Shown piece after piece: positions 41,654-53,348 of a stretch of DNA of 64,000 bases. A model generated the notes under the pieces. The model did no database searches. It worked only from the letters and a program-made list of their open reading frames with translations, and had not been told where the DNA came from. Both the position numbers and the translations under genes were made by a program. Location: the NCBI GenBank assembly GCA_028289815.1, contig JAPYNQ010000063.1:15017-79016 (forward strand), read 5' to 3'. Numbering within the stretch: the stretch's first letter is position 1; each line of letters starts with the position of its first letter. The stretch is from Gammaproteobacteria bacterium (GTDB lineage Bacteria > Pseudomonadota > Gammaproteobacteria > JAJDYQ01).

Positions 41654-42607
41654 ATGCGTATACATCTTACGTTTATTTTATTATTCACTCTTATTTTTTC
41701 CTATCCATTACAGGCCAGTTATGAGTCCCGTGAGGATGTCAAGCAGTTCATTGATACGATGTATAGTGAACATGACTTTGATAAGTCACAGTTGCTTGGC
41801 TGGTTTAGTAAAGCAACGAAGCAAACCAGAGTTCTTGAGGCGATTGCCAGGCCAGCTGAGAGTTTACCTTGGTATAAGTACCGCAGGATTTTTCTTACTG
41901 ACAAACGAATCAGACAGGGTATGGCATTTATGCGGAAGCATCGGGAAATTTTGGCACGTGCCGAGCGTCAATATGGAGTGCCACCAGAAGTCATTACGGC
42001 AATTATTGGTGTTGAAACATTCTATGGTACATACCAGGGAAAATATCCTGCCTTCGATACGTTGGTAACGCTGAGTTTCGATTACCCCAAACGGAGAAAA
42101 TTTTTTCGTAGTGAATTAGAAAACTATTTATTGTTAGTCAGGGAAGAGGGGTTTAATCCTTTCGCTCTAAGAGGTTCCTATGCTGCAGCGATAGGTAGCC
42201 CTCAGTTTATATCCAGTAGTTACCGTCATTATGCCGTTGATTTTGATGGTGACGGTAAACGTGATCTGCTCAATAATATAAATGACACTATTGGTTCTGT
42301 AGCGAATTACCTCAAGCGCCATGGTTGGCGCAAAGGTGAAATGATTACGGTGATGGCAAATTTTGATGGTAAGCAATTTGCCGAATATGATATAAAACCG
42401 ACATACTCTGTTAGTGAATTAATTCGGCATAATTTATTTCCAATACAACCTGTAAAATCTTCATCTCTTGCGGCTCCTGTAAAACTGGAACTAGAAAATG
42501 AATATGAATACTGGCTGGGGCTGCATAATTTTTATGTCATCACACGATATAACCATAGTAACCTTTATGCTATGGCTGTTTATCAATTAAGCCAGCAGAT
42601 AAAGTAA
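41654..42607 (+). CDS. mltB: Lytic murein transglycosylase B (Slt35-like)
   Basis: AIIGVETFYG...PAFDTLVTL and the downstream MltB-family region. Confidence 0.8.
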   Translation: MRIHLTFILLFTLIFSYPLQASYESREDVKQFIDTMYSEHDFDKSQLLGWFSKATKQTRVLEAIARPAESLPWYKYRRIFLTDKRIRQGMAFMRKHREILARAERQYGVPPEVITAIIGVETFYGTYQGKYPAFDTLVTLSFDYPKRRKFFRSELENYLLLVREEGFNPFALRGSYAAAIGSPQFISSSYRHYAVDFDGDGKRDLLNNINDTIGSVANYLKRHGWRKGEMITVMANFDGKQFAEYDIKPTYSVSELIRHNLFPIQPVKSSSLAAPVKLELENEYEYWLGLHNFYVITRYNHSNLYAMAVYQLSQQIK

Positions 42608-42625
42608 GACACACAGGATTAAGTT

Positions 42626-43465
42626 ATGTCATTTATCAAACTGGTATCTATATCGTTAATTCTATTATTATTGTTTTCCTGTAGTGATATAGAAAAATTA
42701 AAGCCTTCTGATGAGAAATATTATTCTGATGGCGGACCACCATATGATTATACAGATAAACAGATTATTGCTGACGCTATTCCCAAGGTTGAGCCAAAAA
42801 GCAGAATGGGTAATCCGCAATCCTATGATATCTTCGGTAAGCAATATTATGTTTTGGACGATAGTAAGGGTTATGTGGAGCGTGGTATAGCTTCTTGGTA
42901 TGGAAAAAAATTCCATGGTCGTAAAACATCGAATGGTGAAATCTATGATATGTATGCCATGACAGCAGCACATAAGACTTTACCTATACCGACCTATGTA
43001 GAAGTTGAGAATCTGAAAACCGGAAAAACTATTATTGTCCGTATCAATGATCGTGGGCCATTTCATCAGGGACGTATTATTGACTTAAGTTATGTGGCTG
43101 CCCAAAAACTTGGTACTGCTATCAATGGTACCGGTGCTGTTGAAGTCAGAGCTATTGACCCTGCAACCTGGGGATTGAATGGAGAGAAGAATACAAAACC
43201 GGTACAGCCTTATCTTCAGCACCAGGATATACAAATTTATTTGCAACTTGGTGCCTTCAAAGTCAGAAAAAATGCCGAGGCCTTAGCCTTGGATCCTTCA
43301 TTAAAGGTGATTGCAAACGCCTTTATAATGGGCGGCTATGACTCAAATTTATTGCCAATATATCGTGTGCGTATTGGTCCGATTTCGACAGTTGATATTA
43401 TGGATGATATTGCTGAGCGATTAATAAATAATGGATTTGATGATTTTTATGTTATCATTGAATAG
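42626..43465 (+). CDS. rlpA: Septal ring lytic transglycosylase RlpA (lipoprotein with DPBB and SPOR domains)
   Basis: Lipobox LLLLFSC. DPBB motif GIASWYGKKFHGRKTSNGEIYDM...RINDRGPF. C-terminal SPOR-like domain. Confidence 0.85.
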   Translation: MSFIKLVSISLILLLLFSCSDIEKLKPSDEKYYSDGGPPYDYTDKQIIADAIPKVEPKSRMGNPQSYDIFGKQYYVLDDSKGYVERGIASWYGKKFHGRKTSNGEIYDMYAMTAAHKTLPIPTYVEVENLKTGKTIIVRINDRGPFHQGRIIDLSYVAAQKLGTAINGTGAVEVRAIDPATWGLNGEKNTKPVQPYLQHQDIQIYLQLGAFKVRKNAEALALDPSLKVIANAFIMGGYDSNLLPIYRVRIGPISTVDIMDDIAERLINNGFDDFYVIIE

Positions 43466-43572
43466 CTAAGCATTAGTGCGATTAGAATTATACGGAATAT
43501 TCTTCTGATGTGAAATGGACCTTGATGAGTTTGGCATTCCCCCGAGATTTTATACTGTCAGTATAGCTTTAA

Positions 43573-45612
43573 ATGTCTAATCACCTAAAAGACCAAACCA
43601 GTCCCTACTTGTTGCAACATGCGGAAAATCCGGTTGACTGGTATCCTTGGGAAGAAGAGGCACTGGCGAAAGCAAAAAGCGAAAACAAGCCTGTTTTATT
43701 ATCTATTGGTTACTCCGCCTGTCATTGGTGTCACGTCATGGCACATGAATCATTTGAAGATATGGAAACGGCCATGCTGATGAATAAGCTGTTTGTTAAT
43801 ATAAAGGTTGATCGCGAAGAGCGTCCCGATTTGGATAAGATCTACCAGACGGCACACCAGATACTAACACAACGACCGGGTGGTTGGCCATTAACCCTTT
43901 TTTTACGACCGGACGACCGCATCCCTTTTTTCGCCGGTACATATTTTCCCAGAGAAACCCGTGGCAGGATAGTTGGTTTCAAGGATCTTATGCAGCATGT
44001 TTACAATTGGTATTTGCAGAATCCCGCAGATCTCGCACGTAGAAACGATCAGCTTGGTCTCATTTTAGGCCGCATCGCAGAAAGCATTCCCGGCTCTGCG
44101 ATAGCTGCCCTCAATTTAACAGAAAAAGCGACTAAGGCACTAAAAGACACGTTTGACAGTAAACTGGGTGGGTTCGGCAGTGCCCCTAAATTTCCACATC
44201 CCGGTGATATTGAACGGTTGTTGAGAAATGGTGCCGGTCGGTACGGGGATCAGGACAGCCTTGATATGGCGCTGTTTACTCTGGAAAAAATGGCACTGGG
44301 CGGTATAAATGATCAACTCGGAGGAGGGTTTTGTCGCTATTCGGTGGATGATCGTTGGGAGATTCCCCATTTTGAGAAAATGCTTTACGACAACGGACCT
44401 TTACTGGCTCTCTATGCTCAAGCATTCACCATCGATCAGGCACCGTTGTTCCTGCATACCTGTATTGAAATAGCCAACTGGTTGATGCGGGAAATGCAGT
44501 CGGATGAAGGAGGGTACTATTCTTCCCTAGATGCCGATTCAGAGGGAGAGGAAGGTAAATTTTATACTTGGACTCGCGAACAGGTTTATCATCATCTTAC
44601 GCCGCAACAATTCGATATATTCTGCATGCGCTATGATCTTGATCGGCCTGCTAATTTTGAAGGTAAATGGCATTTACATGTTTATCAAAGCATCGAAGCT
44701 ATTGCGAAAAAATCTGACCAAACTATTGATACGGTACGGCAACAGCTTCAGGATGCTCGACTGAAGCTGTTTAGTATCAGAGAACGGCGTAGCCGGCCTG
44801 GGTGTGATGAAAAAATTCTGACATCCTGGAATGCCTTGGCAATCAGAGGCATGATGGTGGCAGCCCGCCATTGTGACAAACCGGAATGGGCAGTTTCCGC
44901 CCAGCGGGCGCTCAATTTTATTCACTGCAAGCTCTGGCAAGGTAACAGGCTACTTGCCACCTATAAAGATGGCAGGGCACATCTGAATGCTTATCTTGAT
45001 GATTATGCCTATTTGATTGACGCGCTCTTGGAGTCACTCCAGTACCAGTGGAATAACCGGCATCTTGAATTTGCCTGCCAGCTCGCCGATGTCCTGCTGA
45101 GGCAATTTGAGGATCGGGACCACGGAGGCTTTTATTTTACTTCTCACGATCATGAACCCCTTATCCAGCGGCCCAAGCCATACACCGATGATGCCTTGCC
45201 TGCCGGTAATGCCATCGCAGCTTGTAGTCTGCAACGCTTGGGATATTTACTGGCAAACACGGACTACTTGGAGGCTGCTGGACGCTGCCTGCAAGCCGCC
45301 GGTGCTGTGATGCAAGAGCACAGCCGGGGGTGTATTGCCATGCTGCTGGCATTGGAGGGGCACTACCATCCGATGACAACGGTAATCCTGAGAGGCAGAG
45401 AGGAAACGCTGGGTCAATGGCAAAAAATACTGAACCGAAAATATAGGCCTGATTGCATGGTGTTTGGCATACCAACCAATACTGTGGATTTGCCCGACAA
45501 TATCGCCGTCAAAGCGGCAAAGAACAGCTTCATCGCCTATCTGTGCGAGGGGACAAGCTGTCGACCTGGCTATTATTCCATTGATGATTTAATGGCGGCG
45601 CTTCTAGAGTAA
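43573..45612 (+). CDS. Thioredoxin-domain protein YyaL (DUF255 plus a six-hairpin glycosidase-like domain)
   Basis: [37 protein letters not shown] is the DUF255 signature. Length 679 aa. Confidence 0.85.
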   Translation: MSNHLKDQTSPYLLQHAENPVDWYPWEEEALAKAKSENKPVLLSIGYSACHWCHVMAHESFEDMETAMLMNKLFVNIKVDREERPDLDKIYQTAHQILTQRPGGWPLTLFLRPDDRIPFFAGTYFPRETRGRIVGFKDLMQHVYNWYLQNPADLARRNDQLGLILGRIAESIPGSAIAALNLTEKATKALKDTFDSKLGGFGSAPKFPHPGDIERLLRNGAGRYGDQDSLDMALFTLEKMALGGINDQLGGGFCRYSVDDRWEIPHFEKMLYDNGPLLALYAQAFTIDQAPLFLHTCIEIANWLMREMQSDEGGYYSSLDADSEGEEGKFYTWTREQVYHHLTPQQFDIFCMRYDLDRPANFEGKWHLHVYQSIEAIAKKSDQTIDTVRQQLQDARLKLFSIRERRSRPGCDEKILTSWNALAIRGMMVAARHCDKPEWAVSAQRALNFIHCKLWQGNRLLATYKDGRAHLNAYLDDYAYLIDALLESLQYQWNNRHLEFACQLADVLLRQFEDRDHGGFYFTSHDHEPLIQRPKPYTDDALPAGNAIAACSLQRLGYLLANTDYLEAAGRCLQAAGAVMQEHSRGCIAMLLALEGHYHPMTTVILRGREETLGQWQKILNRKYRPDCMVFGIPTNTVDLPDNIAVKAAKNSFIAYLCEGTSCRPGYYSIDDLMAALLE

Positions 45613-45620
45613 AAGTCCGC

Positions 45621-46685
45621 TTAACTGATCTTCGGATCCAGATCTCCGCTTGCATAACGTACAACCATATGCTTCAAAGCAGTGGGCTTGATCTTGGAAG
45701 CATGGCCCGCACAGCCGAATACCTCAAAGCGTGCCTGACAAATATCTTTCATTGCTGCAGTGGAAGCCTTCAAAAACTTGCGCGGATCGAAATTGGCAGG
45801 ATTATCTTTTAGATGTTTACGAATTGCGCCGGTGGAAGCCATGCGCAGGTCAGTATCAATATTAACCTTGCGTACACCATGCTTGATACCCTCTCGTATT
45901 TCTTCAACCGGGACACCATAAGTTTGACCCATGTCACCACCATGGCTGTTGATAATTTGCAACCAGTCCTGAGGTACGGAAGAAGAGCCATGCATGACCA
46001 GATGTGTATCGGGGATACGTTTATGAATTTCCTTGATGCGATCAATACGCAGAATGTCACCGGTAGGTTCTTTGGTGAACTTATATGCGCCGTGGGAAGT
46101 ACCGATAGCGATGGCCAGTGCATCCACTCCTGTTGCCTTAACAAATTGAGCGGCTTCTTCAGGGTCAGTCAGCAACATATCCATGTCCAGTTTGCCTTCA
46201 GCACCGTGCCCGTCTTCTTCGCCCATTTCACCTGTTTCCAGGGAACCTAGGCAGCCTAGTTCGCCTTCCACGGTTACGCCGCCAGCGTGGGCAATCTCAA
46301 CAACCTTGCCGGTGACATTGACGTTGTATTCAAAAGTAGCTGGAGTCTTCATATCTGTCATCAGGGAACCATCCATCATAACGGATGAAAAACCGGATTG
46401 GATAGAACGCAGACATACTGCCGGTTCGGAACCATGATCCTGATGCATGACAATTGGAATGTGCGGATACTGTTCGATAGCAGCAACAATCAGATGTCGT
46501 AGAAATGGTTCGCCGGCATAGGAACGTGCACCGGCGGAACCCTGCATGATAACCGGGCTGTCCACCGCATCCGCGGCCTGCATAATGGCGTGAACCTGTT
46601 CCATGTTGTTTACATTAAAAGCAGGCATACCGAAATTATTTTCGGCGGCATAATCCAGCAGCTGTCGCATTGAAATAAGGGCCAT
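45621..46685 (-). CDS. fba: Fructose-bisphosphate aldolase, class II
   Basis: N-terminus [30 protein letters not shown]. Length 354 aa. Confidence 0.95.
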   Translation of the reverse strand: MALISMRQLLDYAAENNFGMPAFNVNNMEQVHAIMQAADAVDSPVIMQGSAGARSYAGEPFLRHLIVAAIEQYPHIPIVMHQDHGSEPAVCLRSIQSGFSSVMMDGSLMTDMKTPATFEYNVNVTGKVVEIAHAGGVTVEGELGCLGSLETGEMGEEDGHGAEGKLDMDMLLTDPEEAAQFVKATGVDALAIAIGTSHGAYKFTKEPTGDILRIDRIKEIHKRIPDTHLVMHGSSSVPQDWLQIINSHGGDMGQTYGVPVEEIREGIKHGVRKVNIDTDLRMASTGAIRKHLKDNPANFDPRKFLKASTAAMKDICQARFEVFGCAGHASKIKPTALKHMVVRYASGDLDPKIS

Positions 46686-46745
46686 TATTATCTCCTCAAT
46701 ATGTTTAATAGCTTAACACTAGTTGTTTGTTTACAAACATAAATT

Positions 46746-48206
46746 TCATGAGCTAATATTACAGTATCCCGGTGTGTGTAGTCCTCCAACCTTGACTACT
46801 TTCATCGTATTAGTTCCCCCGGTAATACCGGCCAAGTCGCCTTTGGTAATAATCACCAGATCCCCGTCTCGGACTGCATCACGCCGCACCAGATCATCAA
46901 TGGCTTCTCTGTTGAGGATGGATTGATCGGAAAAATCCAGCTTAAAGCTGACCGGATAGACACCGCGATATAACGTTACCCTGCGACATGTTTTTATGCG
47001 GGAAGTCATAGCGTAGATCGGGATACCCGAACTGATACGCGACATCCATAGAGGTGTTGACCCGGACTCGGTAAGAGAAATGATTGCTGCCACTCCCAGG
47101 TGATTCGCCGTGTACATGGTTGCCATGGCAATAGCCTCGTCAATATAACCGAAAGTTGTTCCTGTGCGATGAGTGGAAATCATGGCCTCGCGCTGCTTCT
47201 CGGCACCCAGGCAGATTTTACTCATGGCAGCTACCACTTTTGCCGGATGTTTACCGACCGATGTCTCCGCTGACAGCATGACCGCGTCGGTGCCATCCAA
47301 TACGGCATTTGCTACATCCATGACTTCCGCACGGGTAGGCGTATGGTTCTCGATCATGGACTGCATCATTTGCGTAGCCGTAATGACCACACGGTTCATT
47401 CTGCGGGCTTTGGCAATCAGTTTCTTCTGTACGCCCGGTAACTCCGGGTCACCGATTTCTACACCTAGGTCGCCGCGGGCAATCATAATGATATCAGAAG
47501 CTTCAATGATCTCATCAATATTAGTCAGTGCCTCGGCACGTTCGATCTTGGCAATAATGCCTCCGTGTCCGCCAGCCTTGCGTAACAGGTCACGCGCCAG
47601 ATTGACGTCTTCGGCGTTGCGGGGAAAAGACAGTGCTAGGTAATCCGCTTCAAGCTTGGCGGCTGTTTTAATATCCTGCCGGTCCTTTTTGGTCAGCGCA
47701 CCGGCAGACAAACCGCCGCCCCGTTTGTTAATGCCCTTCTTGTCAGAAAGTATCCCGCCTGTCACTACACGGCAGTGTATCCGGGTACCGGCAACGTCAT
47801 CGACCCATAATGTGATAGCGCCGTCGTCAAGTAGTAAGGTATCACCGCGGCCCACGTCATTGGGTAGTGCCTTGTAAAGAATGCCCACCGAGTTTTCATT
47901 GCCCGCCTGCATACCCAGCTCCGCATCCAGTGTGAACATGGTGCCTTCGGTCAGTTCAACGCAGCTATTCATAAACGAACCGATACGAATTTTGGGCCCC
48001 TGCAGGTCGGCAATAATTCCGACCTGACGCCCGCAAGCGCGGGCACGATTACGCACGGTCTCGGCACGTGCCTTATGCTCCCCGACCGAACCATGAGAAA
48101 AGTTAATACGGCAAACATCAACTCCTGCCTGGATCAATTTATCCAGAGCTTTAGGGTCATCTGTTGCCGGTCCCAAGGTGGCGACGATCTTGGTTCTTCT
48201 TGGCAT
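46746..48206 (-). CDS. pyk: Pyruvate kinase
   Basis: N-terminus RRTKIVATLGPA...INFSHG. Length 486 aa. Confidence 0.95.
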   Translation of the reverse strand: MPRRTKIVATLGPATDDPKALDKLIQAGVDVCRINFSHGSVGEHKARAETVRNRARACGRQVGIIADLQGPKIRIGSFMNSCVELTEGTMFTLDAELGMQAGNENSVGILYKALPNDVGRGDTLLLDDGAITLWVDDVAGTRIHCRVVTGGILSDKKGINKRGGGLSAGALTKKDRQDIKTAAKLEADYLALSFPRNAEDVNLARDLLRKAGGHGGIIAKIERAEALTNIDEIIEASDIIMIARGDLGVEIGDPELPGVQKKLIAKARRMNRVVITATQMMQSMIENHTPTRAEVMDVANAVLDGTDAVMLSAETSVGKHPAKVVAAMSKICLGAEKQREAMISTHRTGTTFGYIDEAIAMATMYTANHLGVAAIISLTESGSTPLWMSRISSGIPIYAMTSRIKTCRRVTLYRGVYPVSFKLDFSDQSILNREAIDDLVRRDAVRDGDLVIITKGDLAGITGGTNTMKVVKVGGLHTPGYCNISS

Positions 48207-48242
48207 AAGGTTCCTGTTCCTGCCAGTGGCCTGAATCCCGGG

Positions 48243-49424
48243 TTACCCGCGCGCCCGGGATTTCAGCATGGTGACGGCAGGTAATGTCCTGCCTTCAAGG
48301 TATTCAAGGAATGCGCCGCCTGCAGTAGAAATATATGAAATCCTGTCATAGATGCCATACTTTTGGATGGCAGCAATCGTATCGCCGCCACCGGCGAGCG
48401 AGAAACAATCCGAACCAGCGATGGCCATAGATATGGCCCGGGTACCATCACCGAACTGATCAAGCTCAAACACGCCAACAGGACCATTCCATACAATCGT
48501 ACCCGCCTCGCCGATAATATTGATCAACTCTTGTGTAGAGCGAGGACCAATATCGAAAATCATATCGTCTCCTGCTACCTCAGCTGCATCTTTTAGCATT
48601 GCCTCAGCACTTTCAGAGAATTCTCTGCCAACCACCACGTCAGTCGCGATGGGAATATGGGCACCGCGTGACTTCATTTTTTCAACCAGACCCCGGGCGG
48701 TATCAACCAGCTCGTCTTCACATAATGACTTGCCGATATTGAGTCCCATTGCTTTCAGAAATGTATTGGCAATACCGCCGCCCACAACCAGCTGATCGAC
48801 TTTCTCGGACAAGGTCTCTAGGACCGTCAGTTTGGTGGAAACCTTGGAACCACCCACAATGGCAACCATTGGCCGAACCGGCGCTGCCAGGGCCTTGGCC
48901 AGATTATCCAGCTCATCCGCTAACAGCAAACCGGCACAGGCTACTGGTGCATACACACCAACGCCATGCGTTGAAGCCTGGGCACGATGCGCCGTACCAA
49001 ACGCATCCATTACAAAGATATCACACAAAGCTGCATATTTCCTTGCAAGGTTTTCATCGTCCTGTTCCTCGCCGGCGTTAAAGCGTACATTTTCAAACAA
49101 CACGCATTCACCTTCTGTAACCTCAGGAGTATTGTTCAGGTAGTCTTTAATCAAACGCACTTTACTCCCCAGCCGGACGGACAGGTCATCGGCAATCGGT
49201 TGCATCGAATTTTTATCATCGACTCGGCCTTCCTCGGGACGCCCGAGGTGAGACATCAGCTGCACCTTGGCACCAGCCTTCAGGCAATGCTCAATAGTCG
49301 GTATGGAAGCTGTAATACGTGCATCAGAAGTAATTACGCCGTCCGCGATAGGAACATTTAGGTCAGCCCGGATCAGTGCACGCCTGCCGGCCAACTCAAG
49401 ATCAGTCAGCTTGATAAAAGACAT
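48243..49424 (-). CDS. pgk: Phosphoglycerate kinase
   Basis: Canonical PGK N-terminus and hinge motifs. Length 393 aa. Confidence 0.97.
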   Translation of the reverse strand: MSFIKLTDLELAGRRALIRADLNVPIADGVITSDARITASIPTIEHCLKAGAKVQLMSHLGRPEEGRVDDKNSMQPIADDLSVRLGSKVRLIKDYLNNTPEVTEGECVLFENVRFNAGEEQDDENLARKYAALCDIFVMDAFGTAHRAQASTHGVGVYAPVACAGLLLADELDNLAKALAAPVRPMVAIVGGSKVSTKLTVLETLSEKVDQLVVGGGIANTFLKAMGLNIGKSLCEDELVDTARGLVEKMKSRGAHIPIATDVVVGREFSESAEAMLKDAAEVAGDDMIFDIGPRSTQELINIIGEAGTIVWNGPVGVFELDQFGDGTRAISMAIAGSDCFSLAGGGDTIAAIQKYGIYDRISYISTAGGAFLEYLEGRTLPAVTMLKSRARG

Positions 49425-49953
49425 TTCTTACCCCCGTGTATATTATTTTTTCAAAGGCGGATGTTCATCCGCCTGGTGCGGCAGATCGGCGAACTTTCAA
49501 GAATATTCGATCTCGGGTTCCCATGCCAGAGCATTTTTTCGGATAACTGTTTACTGCCATCTGAATTGAATGTCTTTCCGAATGGCCCCGGTAAAAGTTG
49601 GTCTTCTCGGGGGAATATTGGCATTGAGTTCATAGTGTGTTTACCAGGTCCCGAACCAGCTTTTGGGCAGGGTTGTGTTTATCGGGAGTGGTTTTCGAGC
49701 TTCCTGCATGTGTCTGCATTTTTCAGGCATCAATCTTGGCTGGTTGTGTGTGCAGATTTTTTGCCGGGCAAACATCCATGCCGGTGACTTTTCCCTCAAA
49801 TCTGGGCCGGTTACCAGATATCTGTGATGGCGGATATTGTACACGGAATCGAATCGTCAGATGATTGGTGTTGAGCTAAGGCAAGTAGCGCATCAGAAGT
49901 ACCGGGTATTTGATTCAATGGGAATCGGCAGTTGTGCCTCAAGCCCGCATGGT

Positions 49954-50958
49954 TCAATTTGTCGCAACGTGTCGGACAAAACGCAGCATATTGCAGGTGT
50001 AACCGTACTCATTGTCATACCAGCTAATCAGTTTGACAAAGGTATCATCTAGGGCGATGCCCGCGCTGGCATCAAAGATAGAGGAATGGCTGTTACTACG
50101 AAAATCTGTGGAAACCACCTTCTCATCAGTGTAAGCCAGTGTTTCGCCGATGCCCGCTGTCTCTGACGCTGTTTTCATAGCTGTGCAGATGTCGTCATAC
50201 GAGGCACTGCTGTTCAACTCACAAGTCAGGTCGACAACGGAAACATCAGAAGTCGGTACACGAAAGGCCATGCCCGTTAATTTGCCGTTTAATTCAGGTA
50301 AAACCACCTCTACAGCCCTGGCTGCGCCGGTTGAAGAAGGGATAATATTTTCCAAGATGCCGCGACCACTGCGCCAATCCTTCGCTGAAGGGCTGTCAAC
50401 CGTTTTCTGGGTGGCCGTAGCGGCGTGCACAGTCGTCATCAAGCCACGCTTGATACCCCATTTGTCATTCAGTACCTTGGCAACCGGTGCCAAGCAGTTG
50501 GTTGTACAGGAAGCAGCCGAGACAATTTTCTGTCCCGTATAGGTTCCATGATTTACCCCATATACAAACATGGGTGTGCCGTCTTTAGAGGGTGCCGACT
50601 GTACAACCTTTTTTGCACCGGCATTGACATGCTTCCGGCAAGTTTCCTCCGTCAGGAAAAAACCGGTGGACTCAATGACCACATCAATATCAAGCTCACC
50701 CCAAGCCAGATTGGACGGCTCACGTTCTGCCGTCAGGCGGATAGCATTCCCGTTGACCACAAGATTACTGTTATCTACGGAGATATCACCATCAAAATTA
50801 CCATGTACAGAATCATGTTTCAGCATATAAGCCAGATAATCTGTATCCAGCAGGTCATTGATGCCAACGACCTGCATATCAGAAAAATCCTTTGCGATTG
50901 CACGAAACACCATACGACCAATACGCCCAAAGCCATTAATACCGATTCGAATAGCCAT
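49954..50958 (-). CDS. gap: Glyceraldehyde-3-phosphate dehydrogenase
   Basis: N-terminus [11 protein letters not shown] and active site [10 protein letters not shown]. Length 334 aa. Confidence 0.97.
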   Translation of the reverse strand: MAIRIGINGFGRIGRMVFRAIAKDFSDMQVVGINDLLDTDYLAYMLKHDSVHGNFDGDISVDNSNLVVNGNAIRLTAEREPSNLAWGELDIDVVIESTGFFLTEETCRKHVNAGAKKVVQSAPSKDGTPMFVYGVNHGTYTGQKIVSAASCTTNCLAPVAKVLNDKWGIKRGLMTTVHAATATQKTVDSPSAKDWRSGRGILENIIPSSTGAARAVEVVLPELNGKLTGMAFRVPTSDVSVVDLTCELNSSASYDDICTAMKTASETAGIGETLAYTDEKVVSTDFRSNSHSSIFDASAGIALDDTFVKLISWYDNEYGYTCNMLRFVRHVATN

Positions 50959-51025
50959 TACTTATTCTCCTTGTAAAGTAGAGGTTCCAAAAACACCAGA
51001 ATTCTGCAAAAATCCCTGAAGAAAA

Positions 51026-53014
51026 TCAGTTACATACTTCATCAATCGCCTTACCGATATTTTCAGCGGTAAAGCCAAAGTGCCTGAAAAGCTCATCGGC
51101 TGGTGCCGACTCGCCAAAACGGTGCATACCGATTACCCTGCCATGTGAGCCAACATATTTATACCAGCCGTCGGTAACTGCCGCTTCTACCGCCACACGC
51201 GCCGTCACGGATGATGGCAAAACAGATTCTCTGTAGGCATCCTCCTGAGCATCAAAAACAGTAGTGGAAGGCATTGATACCACCCGCACATTTTTACTGC
51301 TGGTCGCAGCGGCCCGCATGGCGATGCTAACTTCTGAACCTGTGGCAATAACAATAACATCGGGTGTGCTATTGCAATCCTGCAAAATATATCCCCCCCG
51401 GCTGATATGGGCTATCTGGTCGGTATTACGTTCTTGGTGGGCTAATTTCTGACGAGAAAAGATCAGACAGGTAGGGCCATTGGTTCGCTCGATGGCTGCT
51501 GTCCAAGCGACTGCGCTCTCCACGGTGTCACACGGGCGCCACACATCCATATTCGGAATCATGCGCAATGTGGGAATCTGCTCGATCGCTTGATGCGTGG
51601 GACCATCTTCGCCCAGACCGATAGAGTCATGGGTAAACACGAAAATCGAACGCAGCTTCATCAACGCCGCCATACGGATAGCGTTCCGCGCATATTCTGA
51701 AAACACCAGAAAGGTCGCACCGAACGGAATAAAGCCGCCATGCAGTGCAATACCGTTCACAATGGCCGACATGCCAAACTCGCGCACGCCGTAATTAACA
51801 TAGTTACATTCAGGACTGTCGGCACGCATCGGCTTGTAACCGGACCACTCTGTCAGATTCGAGCAGCCCAAGTCGGCAGAACCACCAAACAACTCAGGCA
51901 GCGCATGGGAATAAGTCTCAATACAGGTCAGCGAAGCTTGGCGCGTCGCCTTGCTGGCGGCCTCGCGATTACAATCAAAAACAAACGCAGCCGCCTGTTT
52001 CGTCCAGTTATCAGGAAGCCTGCCTGCCATCTGGCGCCTGAATTCTGCGGCTTCCTCAGGGTATGTTGTCTCATAAGCAGCAAATTTCTCCCGCCAGGCG
52101 GATTCCGCGGTACGGCCCTTTGTCCTGCTGTCCCAGCCGGTATAAACATCATCAGGAATTACAAATGCCTCATGTTTCCAGCCCAACTCCTTGCGGACCA
52201 GAGCGATTTCATCATCGCCCAGCGGTGTGCCATGACAGGCATGAGAACCCGCCTTGTTGGGTGAGCCAAAGCCAATCGTGGTTTTACAGCAGATTAAAGA
52301 TGGCCTGTCAGTCACAGACCGTGCCTCTTCAATAGCCCGATTCACAACCTCCGGATCATGTCCGTCAACTCCGGTGACCACGTGCCAGTTATAAGCCTCA
52401 AAACGCTTGGGTGTATTATCGGTAAACCAGCCCTCAGCGTGCCCGTCAATGGAAATGCCATTATCATCCCAAAAGACAATCAGTTTACCCAGTCCCAGTG
52501 TACCGGCCAACGAACAGGACTCATGCGAAATACCTTCCATCAGGCAACCGTCACCTACAAACACATAAGTATAGTGATCTACAATGACACGTTCGCCCTT
52601 ATTAAACTTTGCGGCCAGCGCACGTTCAGCGATAGCCATGCCCACGGCGTTGCTGATACCTTGTCCCAGTGGCCCGGTAGTAGTTTCAACGCCGGGGGCA
52701 TGGCCATATTCAGGGTGCCCCGGTGTCCTTGAATGCAGTTGCCGGAAGTTCTTCAGATCAGCAATGCTCAGATCGTAGCCGGATAGATGCAGCAAGGTAT
52801 AAATCAACATGGAACCGTGGCCATTGGAAAGAACAAAGCGATCACGATCTGCCCACTCCGGATTTTCTGGATTATGCTCCATATGATCATTCCATAGTAC
52901 CTCGGCAACATCCGCCAGGCCCATGGGGGCACCCGGGTGGCCGGAATTGGCCTTTTGTACGGCATCCATACTTAACACACGGATGGCATTCGCCAACTCA
53001 AAACGTGACGGCAT
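51026..53014 (-). CDS. tkt: Transketolase
   Basis: N-terminus [25 protein letters not shown] and the TPP-binding GDG motif. The start is chosen at MPSRFEL. The track ORF extends to 53098. Confidence 0.95.
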   Translation of the reverse strand: MPSRFELANAIRVLSMDAVQKANSGHPGAPMGLADVAEVLWNDHMEHNPENPEWADRDRFVLSNGHGSMLIYTLLHLSGYDLSIADLKNFRQLHSRTPGHPEYGHAPGVETTTGPLGQGISNAVGMAIAERALAAKFNKGERVIVDHYTYVFVGDGCLMEGISHESCSLAGTLGLGKLIVFWDDNGISIDGHAEGWFTDNTPKRFEAYNWHVVTGVDGHDPEVVNRAIEEARSVTDRPSLICCKTTIGFGSPNKAGSHACHGTPLGDDEIALVRKELGWKHEAFVIPDDVYTGWDSRTKGRTAESAWREKFAAYETTYPEEAAEFRRQMAGRLPDNWTKQAAAFVFDCNREAASKATRQASLTCIETYSHALPELFGGSADLGCSNLTEWSGYKPMRADSPECNYVNYGVREFGMSAIVNGIALHGGFIPFGATFLVFSEYARNAIRMAALMKLRSIFVFTHDSIGLGEDGPTHQAIEQIPTLRMIPNMDVWRPCDTVESAVAWTAAIERTNGPTCLIFSRQKLAHQERNTDQIAHISRGGYILQDCNSTPDVIVIATGSEVSIAMRAAATSSKNVRVVSMPSTTVFDAQEDAYRESVLPSSVTARVAVEAAVTDGWYKYVGSHGRVIGMHRFGESAPADELFRHFGFTAENIGKAIDEVCN

Positions 53015-53348
53015 AACAACGTTTTCCTCAAAATATTGATGAATTCCCGCAAATCCGGTAGCACTGACTACCGGCGGCCTGCCGCTATCCCGCAACACAC
53101 AGCCCGATCAGACAAGCAGGACGCCCCAAAGACAGGGACGAAAAATCGGTTATTCTCGCTGAATTGTTTTCTGCCCGCAACACATTGTAGAAAGAAGATC
53201 GCTTATAGGCGCATAAACGAACAGAATAAAAGCAATTCCAAAGGGTAGTGGCGAGTGGTACCTTGGCAAGAGTGTTACAAAGCGGGGCTGCTCGGATATG
53301 AAGAATCGTCGTATCCGAGAGATAGCAAGAGTGTTCCGGATGCCGCCT

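Noticed and set aside
41628-42068. A 146-aa plus-strand ORF overlapping the start of mltB in another frame
   Set aside because: mltB in the adjacent frame has clear family motifs. This one is an out-of-frame shadow in AT-rich DNA.
47173-49361. Several plus-strand ORFs of 73-156 aa inside pyk and pgk
   Set aside because: These are antisense shadows of highly conserved glycolytic genes. They are rich in Ser/Arg/Ala, as is typical for the reverse frame.
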